A stretch of 64,000 bases of DNA from Octopus bimaculoides (lineage: Eukaryota), in NCBI RefSeq assembly GCF_001194135.2, contig NC_068988.1, forward strand, positions 13,535,459-13,599,458. Direction: 5' to 3'. Of the stretch, positions 25,723 through 38,099 are shown piece after piece. Under the pieces are notes generated by a model that did not search any database, was not told the DNA's origin, and saw only the letters and a list, made by a program, of their open reading frames with translations. Position 1 is the first letter of the stretch, and each line of letters begins with the position of its first letter. The translations under genes were made by a program, and so were the position numbers.

Positions 25723-26565
25723 TCATCATCATCATCATCATCGTTTAACNNNNNNNNNNNNNNNNNNNNNNNNNNNNNNNNNNNNNNNNNNNNNNNNNNN
25801 NNNNNNNNNNNNNNNNNNNNNNNNNNNNNNNNNNNNNNNNNNNNNNNNNNNNNNNNNNNNNNNNNNNNNNNNNNNNNNNNNNNNNNNNNNNNNNNNNNNN
25901 NNNNNNNNNNNNNNNNNNNNNNNNNNNNNNNNNNNNNNNNNNNNNNNNNNNNNNNNNNNNNNNNNNNNNNNNNNNNNNNNNNNNNNNNNNNNNNNNNNNN
26001 NNNNNNNNNNNNNNNNNNNNNNNNNNNNNNNNNNNNNNNNNNNNNNNNNNNNNNNNNNNNNNNNNNNNNNNNNNNNNNNNNNNNNNNNNNNNNNNNNNNN
26101 NNNNNNNNNNNNNNNNNNNNNNNNNNNNNNNNNNNNNNNNNNNNNNNNNNNNNNNNNNNNNNNNNNNNNNNNNNNNNNGCCTCACCACCTCAGCCCAGGT
26201 CTTCCTGGGCCTACCTCTTCCACGGGTTCCCTCAACTGTTAGGGTGTGGCACTTTTTCACGCAGCTATCCTCATCCATTCTCACCACATGTCCATACCAG
26301 CGCAATCGTCTCTCTTGCACACCACAACTGATGCTTCTAATGTTCAGCTTTTCTCTCAAGATACTTACACTCTGACGGGTATTCACATTGACATTACACA
26401 TCCAACGGAGCATACTGGCTTCATTCCTTGCGAGCTTACGTATGTCCTCAGCAGTTACAGCCCATGTTTCACTGCCATGTAGCATGGCTGTTCGTACGCA
26501 TACGTCATACAGTCTGCCTTTTACTCTGAGTGAGAGTCCCTTTGTCGCCAGCAGGGGTAAGAGCT
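25723..26565 (-). mobile_element. Young 5'-truncated RTE LINE (RT C-terminus, gap, (GAT)n tail)
   Basis: Open frame LLPLLATKGLSLRVKGRLYDVCVRTAMLHGSETW...LRWYGHVVRM...GRGRPRKTWAEVVR at 26179-26565; tail GTTAAACGATGATGAT on the minus strand at 25723-25749. Confidence 0.95.
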
Positions 26566-26566
26566 G

Positions 26567-26807
26567 TATGCATATATATATATACATGTGTATGCATATA
26601 TACATACATACATCTGGATTAATGGTTTCACATGTTGAATATATGTCTTTTTCTCTCTTGGTTTTCCTTCTTCACCCTTTTCACTCAAAGAGTGTAGGCT
26701 CAGAACAATTTAAAACTTTTCCATTTTTCCTGAGTGCCAAGCTAATTAATACAGCTTGTTTGTTGTTCCCTCATCTGGCTCTCTTTTGTTTTTTGTACAT
26801 TTGAATT

Positions 26808-26810
<3 letters not shown>
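26567..26810. mobile_element. Putative Penelope-like terminal repeat relic
   Basis: TTCACTCAAAGAGTGTAGGCTCAGAAC...TTTTCCTGAGTGCCAAGCTAAT...CTTTTGTTTTTTGTACATTTGAATT between TA runs resembles an abundant octopus repeat I recall; not verified by search. Confidence 0.45.
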
Positions 26811-26869
<59 letters not shown>

Positions 26870-26880
26870 TATATATATAT

Positions 26881-26978
26881 GGCTTGGTGTAGCCATCTGG
26901 TTCACCAGTCCTCAGTCAAATCATCCAACCCATGCTAGCATGGAAAGCGGACGTTAAACGATGATGATGATGATGATA
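26881..26978 (+). mobile_element. Very short young RTE 3' tail insertion
   Basis: GGTGTAGCCATCTGG...AACCCATGCTAGCATGGAAAGCGGACGTTAAACGATGATGATG embedded in (TA)n; CpGs retained. Confidence 0.9.
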
Positions 26979-28359
26979 TATACATATATAAGAAATAATT
27001 TCATGCACAATAAAATAACCTAGAAAGAAGTGTAGAATGCATTCATTTGGTAATGTCAAAATTTACATAAAATAATTTTATTAGAACAACTCTAGGCAGG
27101 AAATAAAATTTACAAATTTACAAATGTAAATTTTTTTCACCAATTTTAAACAGACTTATAATTCACAATTGGTTCTCTATTTTGAGGTTAAATTTATCCA
27201 TTTGATACTTTAATAAATATCTGAACCAGAATTATAACTTTATTCTGACATATTCTTTGATCTTTTCTCTGAGCCTGGTTGTACATTTTAACTCTATCTG
27301 TCTATGAAAAACTTTTATATTTTTTCCATAAAAATCATCTCTTAATAAGGTACGCTATTAGCAGCACCATATTTTCTTCTTTCTGATCATTATTGTTATG
27401 TGCGCAATAAAACTCCAAATAAAGTGGATATCTCTTCTGTACATACATAGAAATGAACTAAAGAATACATATTCATACAATTTCATTACTTTTCCTTTTT
27501 ACATACTGTGAATGAAGTTAAAATAGGAAAAAAAAAATTCCTTCCTATCAGAGGAATGGCCTGTATAACAATCTCACTTTATGTATATTGTGTGTGTGTG
27601 TGTGTGTGTGAGGATATGAGACAGACTGTCTGTCTGTTTTTGTAATGTAAAATGCCAATTGACAACTATAAAAACTGGCAGTGCTGATGCTCAATGCACA
27701 AACAATGCATTGCAATATTGGTAAATTGCTTGTAAGACATTTCATACCAGAATTCTATTGCAACATTGCAGAATAAATTTCAATGCGCAATATTTTTACT
27801 CAAAGAAAATAGGCAGTTATGTTTTATTAAACAAATTAAATACACTGAAAACCTTTCTAATAAAATAAAGAAATTTTTAAAAAATAACTCATTCATATTA
27901 AATAATTACATTTTAGAGTAAATTAAAAAAAAATTCATATGTAAGTAATAATGACATTAAGAATCTATACCTTTTGGTTCTATAGGAATCTGTATCTTGA
28001 TTCTGCTGGAATCTATACCTTTTATTAGTATCATTTTCTGGTTTTTTTTTTTTTTTTTTTTTTTACTTGATAGGTCTGAAGGAAGGAACAGAGGTCATGA
28101 TCTTTTCAGACCTACTGAAAATGGTGAGACTGATTTCACTCTTTTGATACCAACCTACTTGAGACAACCTTTGGTTATATGATATAAATTTCCTGATTTA
28201 AATCACTCTAAATTAAAAACTTTCCACAAAAATTTCATGTTAATTCATATTCCAAACAATCAACTTAATAATGACAAAGTTTTTTTTACTAAATTGTTCA
28301 TTATTTCCAAAATTATTTGAAACAAAGTCTGTGTGTTTCAACAGAAATATGATAACAAA

Positions 28360-28650
28360 AAAGTTAATGTTCCACTTAAACTTTTGCAAGTTGCTGCCTG
28401 CAGGAAAGATATGAGCAGAGAGGAGATTCCAGTGCAACAATGTTCTGAGAAGAAAGAATTGGATACTGAGAAGCCATGAGTGAACAGAGAGTGCCTGATT
28501 GCAGATAACATAAAGCAAGCCAGTTCTAATGAGTAAAGGTAGAAAAGGTTGAGAGAAAAGACAGTACATGTGTGTGCAGTAGCAGTAGTCCCTGACGTGG
28601 GGGTAATACTGTATTGTGGGCCTCACTTGAGCTTTATAGAATGTTAGCAA
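28360..28650 (-). mobile_element. CR1/L2-group LINE, post-RT C-terminal fragment
   Basis: LTFYKAQVRPTIQY and FFLLRTLLHWNLLSAHIFPAGSNLQKFKWNIN match YKxxVRPxxEY and SFFxRTxxxWNxLP...FK motifs. Confidence 0.8.
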
Positions 28651-28805
28651 TTGTTGGAGGCCAAAATATTCTTAGTAACATTAAATTACTCACAGCAAGA
28701 ATAAAAGTTAAGATGATATAAACATAAGCAACAATATCAACTGTTCAAGCACTTACTGTATGTATGTATGTATGTATGTATGTATGTATGTATGTGTGTA
28801 TATAA

Positions 28806-28837
<32 letters not shown>

Positions 28838-29699
28838 NNNNNNNNNNNNNNNNNNNNNNNNNNNNNNNNNNNNNNNNNNNNNNNNNNNNNNNNNNNNNNN
28901 NNNNNNNNNNNNNNNNNNNNNNNNNNNNNNNNNNNNNNNNNNNNNNNNNNNNNNNNNNNNNNNNNNNNNNNNNNNNNNNNNNNNNNNNNNNNNNNNNNNN
29001 NNNNNNNNNNNNNNNNNNNNNATAATCTATAAATTAGGAAAAAATAAGCTTTCAAAAATAATTTTGTTATATTTATTTATAAAGCTTTTAATTTAAACTT
29101 TCTATATAGATAAAGTTAAGTAAAAAAAAATTAAATATGATTTCAATAAAATATGGATGGATTAGTTTGAATATTTTCAAGAATTTTTGAAGTTCTAGCA
29201 AGACAATTGGAAGCAAGCATTATTGTAACCTGCTTTAAAAAATATTGTATTTTGTTTCTACAGAAGAATTTGAACTCAGTGTCTGAAAATCTAAAATGAT
29301 ACCTATTCTTTAATATCTAATAATAAGTTAATTCAGAAGCATTTATAACTAATGTAACTATTTCGCTTGGAGAAAAGTATTTGATAAGATTTTATTTACT
29401 AATGCCTTGTTTGATCTTCACTATTCACACCTAAGAGAGAATTTCAAAAGTTCAGAATTCAAAGCTCTAAATCACTTAATAAATGTGAGTGCTCACTTCT
29501 AGATCTAACCTTACACTAGTAATTTAGAACTGCTTTTTATTTAATCACTATGTGCCATTGACACCATTGATAGCAATTTCAAAGGTATAAATATTGATAT
29601 CATTGATAGTAATCTTCATAACACTTAATGATATCAATGTTAACCTGGCTTTACTTTCAAACAGTTTTAGCCTCAGCTTAAAAGAAAAGAGAGAAAAAA

Positions 29700-30110
29700 A
29701 AGTCAACCATTTTAGAAATGACAGTGCCCATAATGTTTGCTAGCTCTCCTAAGCCAGGCAGATTGATGCGATTGATGTTTGATATCAGCATCTATATACG
29801 CAGATGACTGTAGAAAAAAAGAGAGGAAATCCAGAAGGAAGCATTCTGAGGAGGGTGAAGCATTTGTATTAATCAGATTTAGGAAGTAAGACACAGTAAG
29901 AGTGATTAGAGAAGGAAAGATAGGTAGGTTAGATTGGCATAGGTGGAGGAGATAAACAACTTGTTAGTTCAGAGGAAATGAAGTCATTATAGTGATGAGA
30001 GAGAGAAAGAGAGAGACTGAGAAGAGCACATTTGTGAATTAGTGGCTATAACATATTGGTGAGTGAATCTTTTCCAGTGAGGTGGATGACCATCTTGTGG
30101 GTGCAGTGTA
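29700..30110 (-). mobile_element. Probable APE endonuclease relic of the same CR1/L2-group LINE
   Basis: Minus-strand pieces DGHPP/GKDSLTNML and SPSSECFLLDFLS...HQSAWL resemble GYxPLIRKDSxxHM and YRSPSSxDxxxLDxIS...HHxxWL; heavily decayed. Confidence 0.5.
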
Positions 30111-31727
30111 GGAAGTTTGTGTGTGTGTAGCAGCAATACCATCTTATATATGCAGATACAAGTACAGTCTACTTTAGTGTAGTATTTTATAGATGGTTCT
30201 AACAATTTTCCCAACTGAGGCTGAAGTATTTTCTGCCATGAAGAGACAGCATAAGTCTTCAGGATACAATTTTGGAAGTTACCATGAGAGCCAAAAATTT
30301 AACTTCTTAGGTAACCATTTTGGTTACAAGCAACATATATTTGGAGGATAATTTAAAGCTTAAATTTGTAATCATCAAACTAAAATTAGTTGGCTAAAGA
30401 AGCACATAAGTATCGGTTAAGTAAAGAAGCATATTGTAATTTCTTCATCTCAGAAGAACATCTTATCAAAAACAATTTTCTGTTCATATCTATAATGTTT
30501 CATGTGACGAATTATTGATAAAATTCTGTTAAATACTTTACTTATAAACATTGTTTACATACACTTCATCATTTTGATACAATATCTTTCACATTCCTAG
30601 AAATCAATTAAATGTATTTTAAACTGATTTTCATAACTAAATAGCGAGCTTACTTTTCTTAAAATAAAGAATGAAAAGGATTTGTCATTATTGATATTAA
30701 AAAAAATATATCTGCCACATATAAGAGTATAAAGTCAATAAAGTATATTGTTAGTACTTATTTTATAAAGCTAAGACAGATAAAGGCAAAGTTGAATCCA
30801 GCAGCATAAGAACGCACAAGAACAAGACACAAAATTAACTATTTTGTTTGATTCTCTGTCAACATTATAATCTTATTTCAATAACCCAGGTGTTAAGTGT
30901 AAGAAAATTAAATTACTATTTAGAGTTCAATATGCACAAAGTACTAATTTTTGATAATTAGCAACTTATAGAATCCTTATTCAAGTAAGTTCTGTATTGA
31001 TAAAGAAACTTAATAGTGTTAATATAACTTCACTGAGGTACAATAAGTGGAATGTAACATCTTATACAGGCAAACTGTTTTAAAAGGTATTAATCTATGT
31101 TTGCTATGCTATAACATGGAAATCAAGAAAATGATAATCTTGAGATATTGAAAAGTATATTAAATTGAGAACTAATTTTTAAAAATATCCTTATGAAATA
31201 GGGGGAAAAAAAGAAAATACTCTGCTTTTAATATTCTTTTATTTTTATGAAAGAATCATGAAAAATATTTAAATTTGAAAATTATGAGAAAAATCAAAAT
31301 TCAGAAATGTGGAGAATTTGTTAAGGGCAAGTAATGGAAAGATGTGCATTGGTTAGCAAAGGGTTGTAACAGATTTTTACAAGTCAGAGATCTCTAAAAT
31401 GTGAACTATTGTCTTTAAAACAGTCTAGAATATTTAAAAAGAAAGATTTTTTGTTTTTCCAGATGTGTGCATGAGAAAATTGATGAAGGAGTGATATAAA
31501 AGAAGAACTGTATCAGACTTAAATAGCTGCCTATAACAAAGGCTTGCACATTCTATAACACTGAAACCGGATGTCATACCAAAAAAGCTAATTAAGTTGG
31601 AGGGAACATTTATGAATTATGATGCTTGTCAGATACACACAAAAGAGATGTACAAAGTAACTGAAGAATTATTCTTATAACAAAATATTTCTGGTAACAA
31701 AATACTTATTTCTGGTAATCTAATCAA

Positions 31728-31945
31728 AAGGTGGTGAACTGGTAGAGTCATTAGCATGCGTTATATTTGTTCCAACTCTACACTCTGAGTTCAAGTTCTA
31801 ATTAGATCAACTTTGCTGTCATCCTTTTGGGATTGATAAAAATAATTACCAGTCAAGGACAATAGACTGGCAGAATTGTTACAGCATTAGTTTGGATACC
31901 TTGCAGTATCTGTTCCAGCACTGCATTCTAAGTTCAAATCCAGCC
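31728..31945 (+). mobile_element. Two tandem degenerate SINE A heads
   Basis: AAAGGTGGTGAACTGGTAGAG...TCTGAGTTCAAG and ACTGGCAGAATTGTTA...TCTAAGTTCAAATCC. Confidence 0.6.
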
Positions 31946-32849
31946 CTGCACTGAAAAATGGTGACACTTCTGTCAGGATAGTATCAGCTATTTGAAAAAC
32001 CAATGGAAATTTAGTTTCTTGGAATTGATTGTAAGCTTGACTGGCACCAGCTAATCTAGTGGCAACGTTTGAAAAATCTAATGAACCTTCCAATATTTTC
32101 TATTTAATTCCTTTTATAAATTCCATATATAAAAATAGAATGTATAAATGTAAGACAGAAATTATAACCACTAGGAAATTCATCATAAAGTAGGGTTTTC
32201 TTTTTGTTCATAACATTTGACTTTGTAATTTAAAGGGGATTAATTTTATAAAAAGAGAAATCTCTTTCTGTAGCAAAACCAAATTACTCATTGATATTAT
32301 TAATTTTTGACTATTCTGTAGTTTTAAATCAGATTATGATAGAGTAAACCAAAATTTATATGCTCCCAAAAGGAAATCATTGTCTTGCAGAAAAAAAAAA
32401 ATCAACAACAACAAAATAACACATCAATATGAAGATCATATAGAGAACGATTTGACAGCTGTGCTGAAATGAATGTAGATGTATTAAATTATACTAATGG
32501 AAGAAGTAACTGTTGTAGGGACAAAATCTCCTTATCTCAGTTTTCTTGAGACATTGTTCCAGTACAAAAATAGGAAGATACATGCAAAGTACTGTAGAAT
32601 GCTAAGTTGCAAACAAAATGAATTAATTCAGTATTTCAGATTTAAAAGCACCAATCATGGACTGTAAATTTAATTTCTTTTTGTCTTTTTCATGACAGAG
32701 GAGGGAAAGAAATTTTCCTGAAGTCAGAGAGTTGGCTCAAATGCTTTGAGCAGAGTTGATTATGATAAAAATGAGAGAAAAAGTGGATAAATGGATTATC
32801 TATTACAAGGCGAAGGATAGTACCTCCACTAGGTTTCTGTACAATTCCC

Positions 32850-32992
32850 CCTCAACCAAATTTCACAGGAAAGACTTTTTTCAAATCAATGCTATGGTAG
32901 AAGATACTTGCCCAAGATGAGGCATAGTAGGATTGAACACAAAAGCATATAGTTGTGAAGCATACTTCTTAACCACACAGCAATGCCTGCAT
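32850..32992 (-). mobile_element. SINE B head fragment
   Basis: GCTATGGTAGAAGATACTTGCCCAAG...GGATTGAAC...CTTCTTAACCACACAGCAATGCCTGC. Confidence 0.75.
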
Positions 32993-34574
32993 AATTACTC
33001 ATTTCAAAATGTTTAGTTCACAATTAGGGTTTGTTATTGATGAACAATGTTAGATAAAATAAATTGTCAATAATATGCTGAACAAATTTTTATTAAATAC
33101 ATTAAACCATAATGATGTTTAGCCTTGGTTATAGGCATCCTTTATAGATAGATAATCTCAATATGTTAAAGTTATGTATTATTCTCATGATTTAGAAACA
33201 TCATGTAAAAGTTAATATTAACTTTAGAACATAGATTGAGGCAGCCATATATTCATCAGATTGTGAAAATATATTCCAAGACTCAGGCTTCAATTATTTT
33301 ACACTGTGTGTAAACATTATTCAACATTATTCTTTAGTTAATCAGTGTTACATGTTTGACAACTTAGTACTTCATGCCTTTAGAATAAAAGAACCAGTAT
33401 GTATTAATGTCAAATTAATGAATTTTATCATCTATTACAAGGCCATGGATAGTACATCTGAGAACATTTTGAAGTTCTACAATACAAGCTGCATGTTTTA
33501 AAATGGTCAAAATTAAAACCCTGCATCAAAATTTCATGCTAATCCATGCTCCAAACACCAGCTCAATAATGACAAAATAATTATACTATATTCTTATTAT
33601 TTTCAAAATTAATTGAAACAAAAGTAGTGTATTTCGTAAAAAAAAATATGGTAATAAAAGGATTAATAATATACACAAACAATTCTCCTACACACACATA
33701 ACCAACAACTCACCTGACTTTCCTAAATCATCAGACATGAAGTGGTTCTTCATTTCTCATTGAACTATTTCATAATTGCTGACAAGTACCTGAGCTAATT
33801 ACTGAAGTCTAATTTGATTCTTAACAATTCTATTTTTTTCTTGCTGCTTTGTATTTAATGTTCTCATATTAGTATTGTAATCATCTACAAATATCTCCTG
33901 CAGCCAACTGATGTCTCTCTTTCTCATCAAGGATCACAAGGAAAGCTTTTGAAAATCTTGATGCATTAGACATATAATAAATGGTTTCTAGTGCGAGAAA
34001 ATTAAAAACTAAGAAAGTCACATTCAGTATTAGCAAACCCTTCTTCAATGTATGACAAACAAATATTTCCCCCATAGCTTATATCTCAACCAAAGCACCT
34101 GGATATAAAACTTTCCTTATGTCCTGCTATAATTTCATACATTATATGCTCTTTACTATTCTCAACTCATAAACTGTCTTTCAAGGATCAATCTCCTTTC
34201 AATTCAGTTGTATTAATCAATTATCTTCTTTGAGTCATCTGTAATTTTGTGCAAATAATAGAACCTTTTCATGTCTTCTTATCTTTCCACTCTCATGCAC
34301 TGTCTTTAAAGACCATTAACATCATCTCAATTTGGTTAATATTGGTTTATTGTCTGTAATTGCAGTGTCTGAAAGCTCTTAAGACTAAATGTCTTTCTTG
34401 TGAAGTCTTTCCCCAAAAGTTCTCCGTCTTCTGACTTTCTCAAATTCTTTTTGATATTTTAAAATGATGATTACTGTAATAACTTGAAAAATTGCCTGCA
34501 GGAAAATTAATTTTTAATTTTTAGATATAAAAAAAAAATTTGAATTTAACATGGGAAATGTTTACTTCACAAAA

Positions 34575-34975
34575 TACAAACTTTTTAAATATTAATTTGG
34601 TCCTCTTAGGACTAAACTAAACAAGAGACTTGAAAAGAAGTTTGATGGTACATATATTCATGCAGTTATCATCTTTCATGGCAACAATACCCTATAAAAT
34701 AGTGACTGTATGGTAGTCTTTGTAATCAGAGAAAGAAGAACTTGTTAAGCAAAAACTACTGGAGAAGCAAAGTTGAAATATGCAGCTAGCTCCTAATTTG
34801 GAAACCCATGCATGGACATACAGGTAGCAGCAGACCAAGAAAAACAGATATTGATCAACTTGTGGAAGTCACTAGATATAAGGGTGAGGATATGAAGACT
34901 GCTGTGGGAGATTGGGACATCTGGTGTGAAAAAGTTGCATTGGTCCAGGCAAGTTTATCCGAATGGATAAACAGA
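34575..34975 (+). mobile_element. RTE/RTEX-type LINE C-terminal fragment
   Basis: KRLEKKFDGTY, SWQQYP, IRERR, YWRSK, LLIWKPMHGHTGSSRPRKTDIDQLVEVT...DWDIW match the LDGxYTRML...LLWxPxHG...GRPxxTYIDQL type of C-terminus. Confidence 0.75.
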
Positions 34976-35584
34976 TAGATAGAGCCAAATTCTGCCTTTT
35001 TGATGATAAAGTTGGTAAGTAACTTGATCCGAGACTGTCCATTGAAATTGTTACAATGATGTCATGGAACAGTAACTTTAGTCAATGAAAACAGAAAAAA
35101 CAGTTATATTCACTTTCCATATATTTCTTTATAATATTATACTTATGAAATATTATGAAGATTAGATGCACTTTTGTAATCTGGTCCCTGAGATAATTCT
35201 ATTGCATCTGTTGAAAATTAGTAACTGGTGAGATTTTATAAGCCTCAGGCTATTTTTCTCTTGGTTCTTTTGCCTCCTTTTTCTTATTTTCTTGTTTCTT
35301 TTCTGAGTTACAGTCAACTTTATATATTGTAGATTAAACTGATGCACAAAGCAATTCTTTTATATATCGGTCAGCTGTACTTTGTGCATAAAGTGAGAGA
35401 ACATTTTTTTTTAGTTTTTTGGGGTGTTAAACTTGGGCCTGAGGGCCTCCTGATTTTTACCTTTGGAATTTTGAACTTGTGGATCTTTTATCACTTTGAA
35501 ATTATTTTTTTCCCCTTTGGTTTCTGTCTCTTCCCTATCTTAAATATAATTTGATTTCTCTCTCATATATATAAATATATATTG

Positions 35585-35629
<45 letters not shown>

Positions 35630-35652
35630 CTTATATAATGATTATTATTATG

Positions 35653-35915
35653 AAGGTGGTGAGCTGGCTGAATTATTTGGAGACACTGCAAATGTTCAGA
35701 ACTTAACCCCACCAGAAAACCCCAAAAAACTATTACTGCTGTCAAAAAGAGCACCCAGCACACTCCTTAAAGTGCTTTGTGTTAGGAAGGGCATCCAGCC
35801 ATAGAAATCATGCTGAAACAGATGCTGGAGCGCAATGCAGTCCTATGGCTCTTGGATCCTATCAAACCATTCAACCCATGCTAGCATGGAGCACAGAGTT
35901 AAGTGATGATGAAAA
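35653..35915 (+). mobile_element. Composite element: SINE A-like head plus RTE UTR motif plus tail Y
   Basis: ATTATTATT-ATGAAGGTGGTGAGCTGGCTGAA head, GCACCCAGCACACTC...TTAGGAAGGGCATCCAGCCATAGAAA, and AACCCATGCTAGCATGG...GATGATG. Confidence 0.7.
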
Positions 35916-36486
35916 TGATGACTATACCATCTTTTGCTTTTGCTTCATAAAAATTAAGCAGTGGACTTTGAGATAACAGCAAATAATCCTGGCTGAGGTA
36001 AAAAAAACACCTCAGGAAACATTCTCCATACTAAATAGACATGTGGTATGGCCTCAGATATGTAATATAGGAAGTTTTAAAAATTCAATTAACTGAGATT
36101 ACTCATGCAATTAGCAAATAAAATCTAAAGTCTTATAAGAACTTTGGAAAATAGAGTGGATTCAAATTCAGTTTGAAATTTAAACTCAAATTCAATTGTC
36201 AAGTGAGAATAATCTAGAACCAAAATGATCCAATTGAAAAAAAAAAATGCCTCAGGCTTTTACTTTCTGCACGTAATATAAATTCTTCCTGTGAAAAGTG
36301 GAATTCCTCACTTTTAATACAAAAGCAAATTATCAAAAATAAGAAAGAATAAAATGGAATATTGATAGAAAATATCAGTTATTTACCACCTTCATTCTGT
36401 TATGTATGTGTAGATTGAATCTAAGAGAGCGGGAGAAAGAAAAATAGAGAGATGAGAAGAAAGAGGCAGATAAAAGAAAGAGGGGG

Positions 36487-36558
<72 letters not shown>

Positions 36559-36961
36559 GAATAAATAAGAACAGCTTCAGAAGAATATTCTGTAGTTCTA
36601 ATATATGTTGCATAATGATGTAATAATGTAAATGAGCCAGAGAAGAATATTTATACATTTTTTTTATGCATGAGTGCACAATGCATCTACACACAATGCA
36701 TGAATACATGAACAGGTGTGAAGCATACAGAATTTATAAAAGATCACTACAGTGTTAAGTGTTAATGATTTTAAAGAAAATGTTTTCTCTGTATTTCATT
36801 ATTTGAAAATTATTGTGAGGAATATTATGAAGTTTTTAACAAACTGACTTTGTGATCCAGTTTAAATGTCATGATTCATATATCATGCAGCAATAACATA
36901 GAAAATGTAGGGATGTATGCATTAGCATTTTCTTCTTGTACATATTATGTACATTCACTTT

Positions 36962-37290
36962 GCAGCCACATGGTTTCAAGTTCAGTACCAGTGCATGGCA
37001 CCTTGGGCAAGTGTCTTCTACTATAGCCTCAAGCTAACCAATACCTTGTGAGTGAATTTGGTAGACAGAAACTGTGTAGGAGCCTGTCATGTATGTGTAT
37101 GTGTGTGTCTTTGTCCCAGCTCACTGCTTGGCAATTGGTGTTGGTTTGTTTACATCCTGTAACTTCTGCAATTTGGCAAAAGAGATTAATAGAATAAGTA
37201 CCAAACTTTAAAAGAAGTACTGGGGTCAGTTTGTCCAACCAAACCAAGCAAGGTTGCAGTCCAATGACTAAAAACAAGGATAAAAAGATA
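36962..37290 (+). mobile_element. SINE B with tail X
   Basis: CCACATGGTTTCAAGTTCAGTACC...GGCACCTTGGGCAAGTGTCTTCTACTATAGCC...ATAGAATAAGTACC...GCAGTCCAATGACT. Confidence 0.9.
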
Positions 37291-37964
37291 TATACATATA
37301 CATAAATGTGTGTGTGTGATATATGTGTCCACATTTAAAGTGTGTGTGTGCATTTGTAATTCCAAAAACAGAGGCCCTAATTACCACAATCACATGCATA
37401 AATACTTCAGACATCATCAAATGTGTATTGGGACAGTGCAAATGGCTGAACTGAAAAGGACTAAAACAAGCAACCAAGTGAAAGAAAATGTGAATCTTGT
37501 CATTATGAAAACTAGAGTGAGGTAATAGTCTCATATATCCTTATAATCAAAAAAATTACTAAAATTACTATATAATGAGTTAAAGTTTGTATTAAGCATT
37601 ATTACATTTTGGTACAAAATAATCACAAAAGTTTTTATACACTTTAAATAAGGTCTACCTCATATGTCATTAAACCACAACAAATGTGTTTATAAAAGAG
37701 AAAACTAAATACCTTATGAATGAAATTAATTTTATCTAATGAAAATATGATCTATTATATTTGATTGCTTTTTGCCAATGCCATGTTAAATTAGATATTC
37801 CTATTTTAAAAAGTGTATCATATTTCAAGGTTATGAACTCCTCAGATATTTCAAGGACAGCTTCTAAAGCCACTTAAAACAAAGATTTTTCAAGAATAGA
37901 TTCTTGAAATGTCCTTCTCATGTGGCTTGGGTAATTTTGTTCTTCATAATGGAAATAACAAAGG

Positions 37965-38042
37965 ACCAAGACTTGTAGTGAAACACTGTGCTGGAGAGGA
38001 CCCATCCAACCCACGCAACCATAGAAAAACAAATGTTAAATT
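37965..38042 (+). mobile_element. Short degenerate RTE 3' end
   Basis: CACTGTGCTGGAGAGGACCCATCCAACCCACGCAACCATAGAAAAACAAATGTTAAA. Confidence 0.55.
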
Positions 38043-38099
38043 GTTATTTAGGGCTCTCCAGCTTTCATCTCTATATCAAGTTTTAATATGCTTCCCTTC

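Noticed and set aside
25365-26331. Long ORFs of 100-313 aa in the ORF track (also 17077-17593, 28753-29055, 41793-42110, 50166-50539)
   Set aside because: They are made of TA/CA/GA microsatellites and N-gaps.
1756-28123. Joining candidate exons 1756-1773, 10361-10444 and 28074-28123 into one phase-compatible gene
   Set aside because: Phase compatibility has a high chance probability, the joined peptide is not recognisable, and similar 25-codon splice-bounded frames occur elsewhere (25120-25186, 47573-47655, 59175-59222).
29796-29810. Plus-strand YADDC, resembling an RT motif
   Set aside because: Isolated motif; the region fits better as a minus-strand endonuclease relic.
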